A DNA stretch of 64,000 nucleotides, taken from Arenicellales bacterium. Lineage in GTDB: Bacteria > Pseudomonadota > Gammaproteobacteria > Arenicellales > Poriferihabitantaceae. The first letter of the stretch is position 1, and every line of letters begins with the position of its first letter. The translations under genes and the position numbers were made by a program. The stretch is from contig OZ220677.1 of the NCBI GenBank assembly GCA_965116335.1, positions 409,629-473,628 on the forward strand, given 5' to 3'. Of this stretch, positions 62,483-64,000 are shown one piece after another. The notes under the pieces were generated by a model. That model was not told the DNA's origin. It did no database searches and worked only from the letters and a program-made list of their open reading frames with translations.

Positions 62483-63694
62483 ATGAAACGCATTCTTTTA
62501 CTGGTCGCGATAGTAACGACCGCCCTGATCGTAACCCGGTTTGCGAACAGCCAGACCGATTCCAGCCCGGTCGATCAATCATCCGACCAGACAGCATCCA
62601 GTGCCGTTGTACCAGCCTCCGGGAAGTCCGGGATGGCAGTCGCCACATTTGCCGGCGGATGCTTCTGGTGCATCGAATCCACTTTTGAAAAGCTCGATGG
62701 AGTCACAGAGGCGGTATCCGGGTACAGTGGCGGTCAAACTGAAAACCCGACCTACTATGAGGTAGGTAAAGGTAATACCGGGCATACCGAAGCGGTACAG
62801 ATCTACTATGACCCACAAGTGATTTCCTACGAGGAATTGTTATTCCGTTTCTGGCGCGATATTGACCCGACGGATTCCAAAGGCCAGTTTGCCGACCGGG
62901 GAGACCACTATCGTCCCGCCATTTTTTACCATAATGAACAGGAGAAACAGTTAGCGCTCGCATCCAGAGAAGCTCTCGATCAGTCTAATCGTTTCAGCAA
63001 ACCGGTCACGGTGGAAATCGTCCCGTTTGACAAATTCTACAAGGCGGAGAGTTATCACCAGAATTATTACGCCACCAACTCACTGCGTTATAAACTGTAC
63101 CGGAAAGGTTCAGGCAGAGACCGGTTCCTTGAGAAAGTATGGGGCGATGATCTCCATGCGAAATTTGAGAAAACCCTCGACATACCGGATTCCGGCTCGT
63201 CCGGCGCAACCGATGACAGGAGTCAGTCGAACCCGGAAATGGCACCGGAAGCGGCCTGGGTCAAACCGGATGACGAAACATTGCAGCAGATACTGACTCC
63301 CCTGCAATATCAGGTCACCCAGCACGAAGCCACCGAACCGCCTTTTCGCAATGAATACTGGAATAACAAGGCCGAAGGCATTTATGTGGATATCGTCACC
63401 GGGGAACCCTTGTTTTCATCCACGACAAAATATCGATCCGGTACAGGCTGGCCCAGCTTCTGGGAACCGATTGACGATCATTTCATCGTCAAGACTACGG
63501 ATTACAAACTGCTATACCCCCGAACCGAGATAAAGAGCAAATATGGTGACTCCCATCTGGGTCATGTATTCAAGGATGGCCCGGCGCCTACCGGACTACG
63601 CTACTGCATCAACTCCGCGTCTTTACGGTTTGTCGATAAAGGGCAGATGAAGGAACAGGGATATACGGAATATCTGGCACTGTTTGAACAATAA
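62483..63694 (+). CDS. msrAB: Bifunctional methionine sulfoxide reductase MsrA-MsrB with N-terminal signal/anchor
   Basis: [17 protein letters not shown] leader; GGCFWC and AESYHQNYY (MsrA); [14 protein letters not shown] and RYCINS (MsrB). Confidence 0.95.
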   Translation: MKRILLLVAIVTTALIVTRFANSQTDSSPVDQSSDQTASSAVVPASGKSGMAVATFAGGCFWCIESTFEKLDGVTEAVSGYSGGQTENPTYYEVGKGNTGHTEAVQIYYDPQVISYEELLFRFWRDIDPTDSKGQFADRGDHYRPAIFYHNEQEKQLALASREALDQSNRFSKPVTVEIVPFDKFYKAESYHQNYYATNSLRYKLYRKGSGRDRFLEKVWGDDLHAKFEKTLDIPDSGSSGATDDRSQSNPEMAPEAAWVKPDDETLQQILTPLQYQVTQHEATEPPFRNEYWNNKAEGIYVDIVTGEPLFSSTTKYRSGTGWPSFWEPIDDHFIVKTTDYKLLYPRTEIKSKYGDSHLGHVFKDGPAPTGLRYCINSASLRFVDKGQMKEQGYTEYLALFEQ

Positions 63695-63740
63695 CCGGCA
63701 GAAGCAGCCGCCGAAGTGGTCGCTCGCCCTGCCCGGCTCC

Positions 63741-64000
63741 TCAATTACGCCGGGAACGCTGGCGCATCACCTCGAACAAAAAGATTCCGGTTGCGACGGA
63801 AACATTCAGGCTCGACACGCTCCCGGACATCGGAATATGCACCAGCCAGTCGCATTTCTCACGAGTAAGCCGTCTCAGCCCCTTGCCTTCGGCTCCCATT
63901 ACGATCACCGCTTTATCGGCATATTGACATTCATACAATGAATCGGCAGCCTCGCCGACTGCCCCGTATACCCAGAATCCGTTGCCTTGCAATTTGTCGA
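63741..64000 (-). CDS. rlmB: 23S rRNA 2'-O-methyltransferase RlmB (SpoU family), 5' end outside the window
   Basis: MGAEGKGLRRLT, IPMSGSVSSLNVSVA. Confidence 0.9.
   Translation of the reverse strand, partial: DKLQGNGFWVYGAVGEAADSLYECQYADKAVIVMGAEGKGLRRLTREKCDWLVHIPMSGSVSSLNVSVATGIFLFEVMRQRSRRN

Overview
Chromosomal window from a gammaproteobacterium, judged from the gene order recA-recX-alaS-lysC-csrA-tRNA-Ser. A housekeeping backbone (suhB, mutS, fdxA, pepN, dxs-ispA-xseB, parE, pdxH, ssb, uvrA, metY, yciA/B/I, tRNA-Ala/Glu, hom, msrAB, rlmB) is interrupted by three or four accessory, defence-type insertions. (1) Downstream of tRNA-Ser(GCT), 1-7062: a co-oriented set of a HARE-HTH/Mrr nuclease, a SNF2 helicase, an Hsp70/actin-fold ATPase ending in a DnaJ-type zinc finger, and HigB-HigA(ImmA/IrrE). 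I cannot match the helicase plus ATPase core to a named system, and it is the best candidate for something undescribed. (2) Between parE and pdxH: a 452-codon unknown gene split by an IS1182-family element, plus a HindVP-like type II R-M pair. (3) A ~16.4 kb BREX type 3 island between ~400 bp direct repeats that start in the 3' end of yciI. It lacks the brxHII helicase and carries an ABC-type ATPase plus an unknown partner at that position. (4) A lone STAS/HATPase/STAS-like gene next to tRNA-Ala-Glu. A family of REP-like palindromic repeats is also present. All family calls come from motif recognition by eye; no database searches were run.
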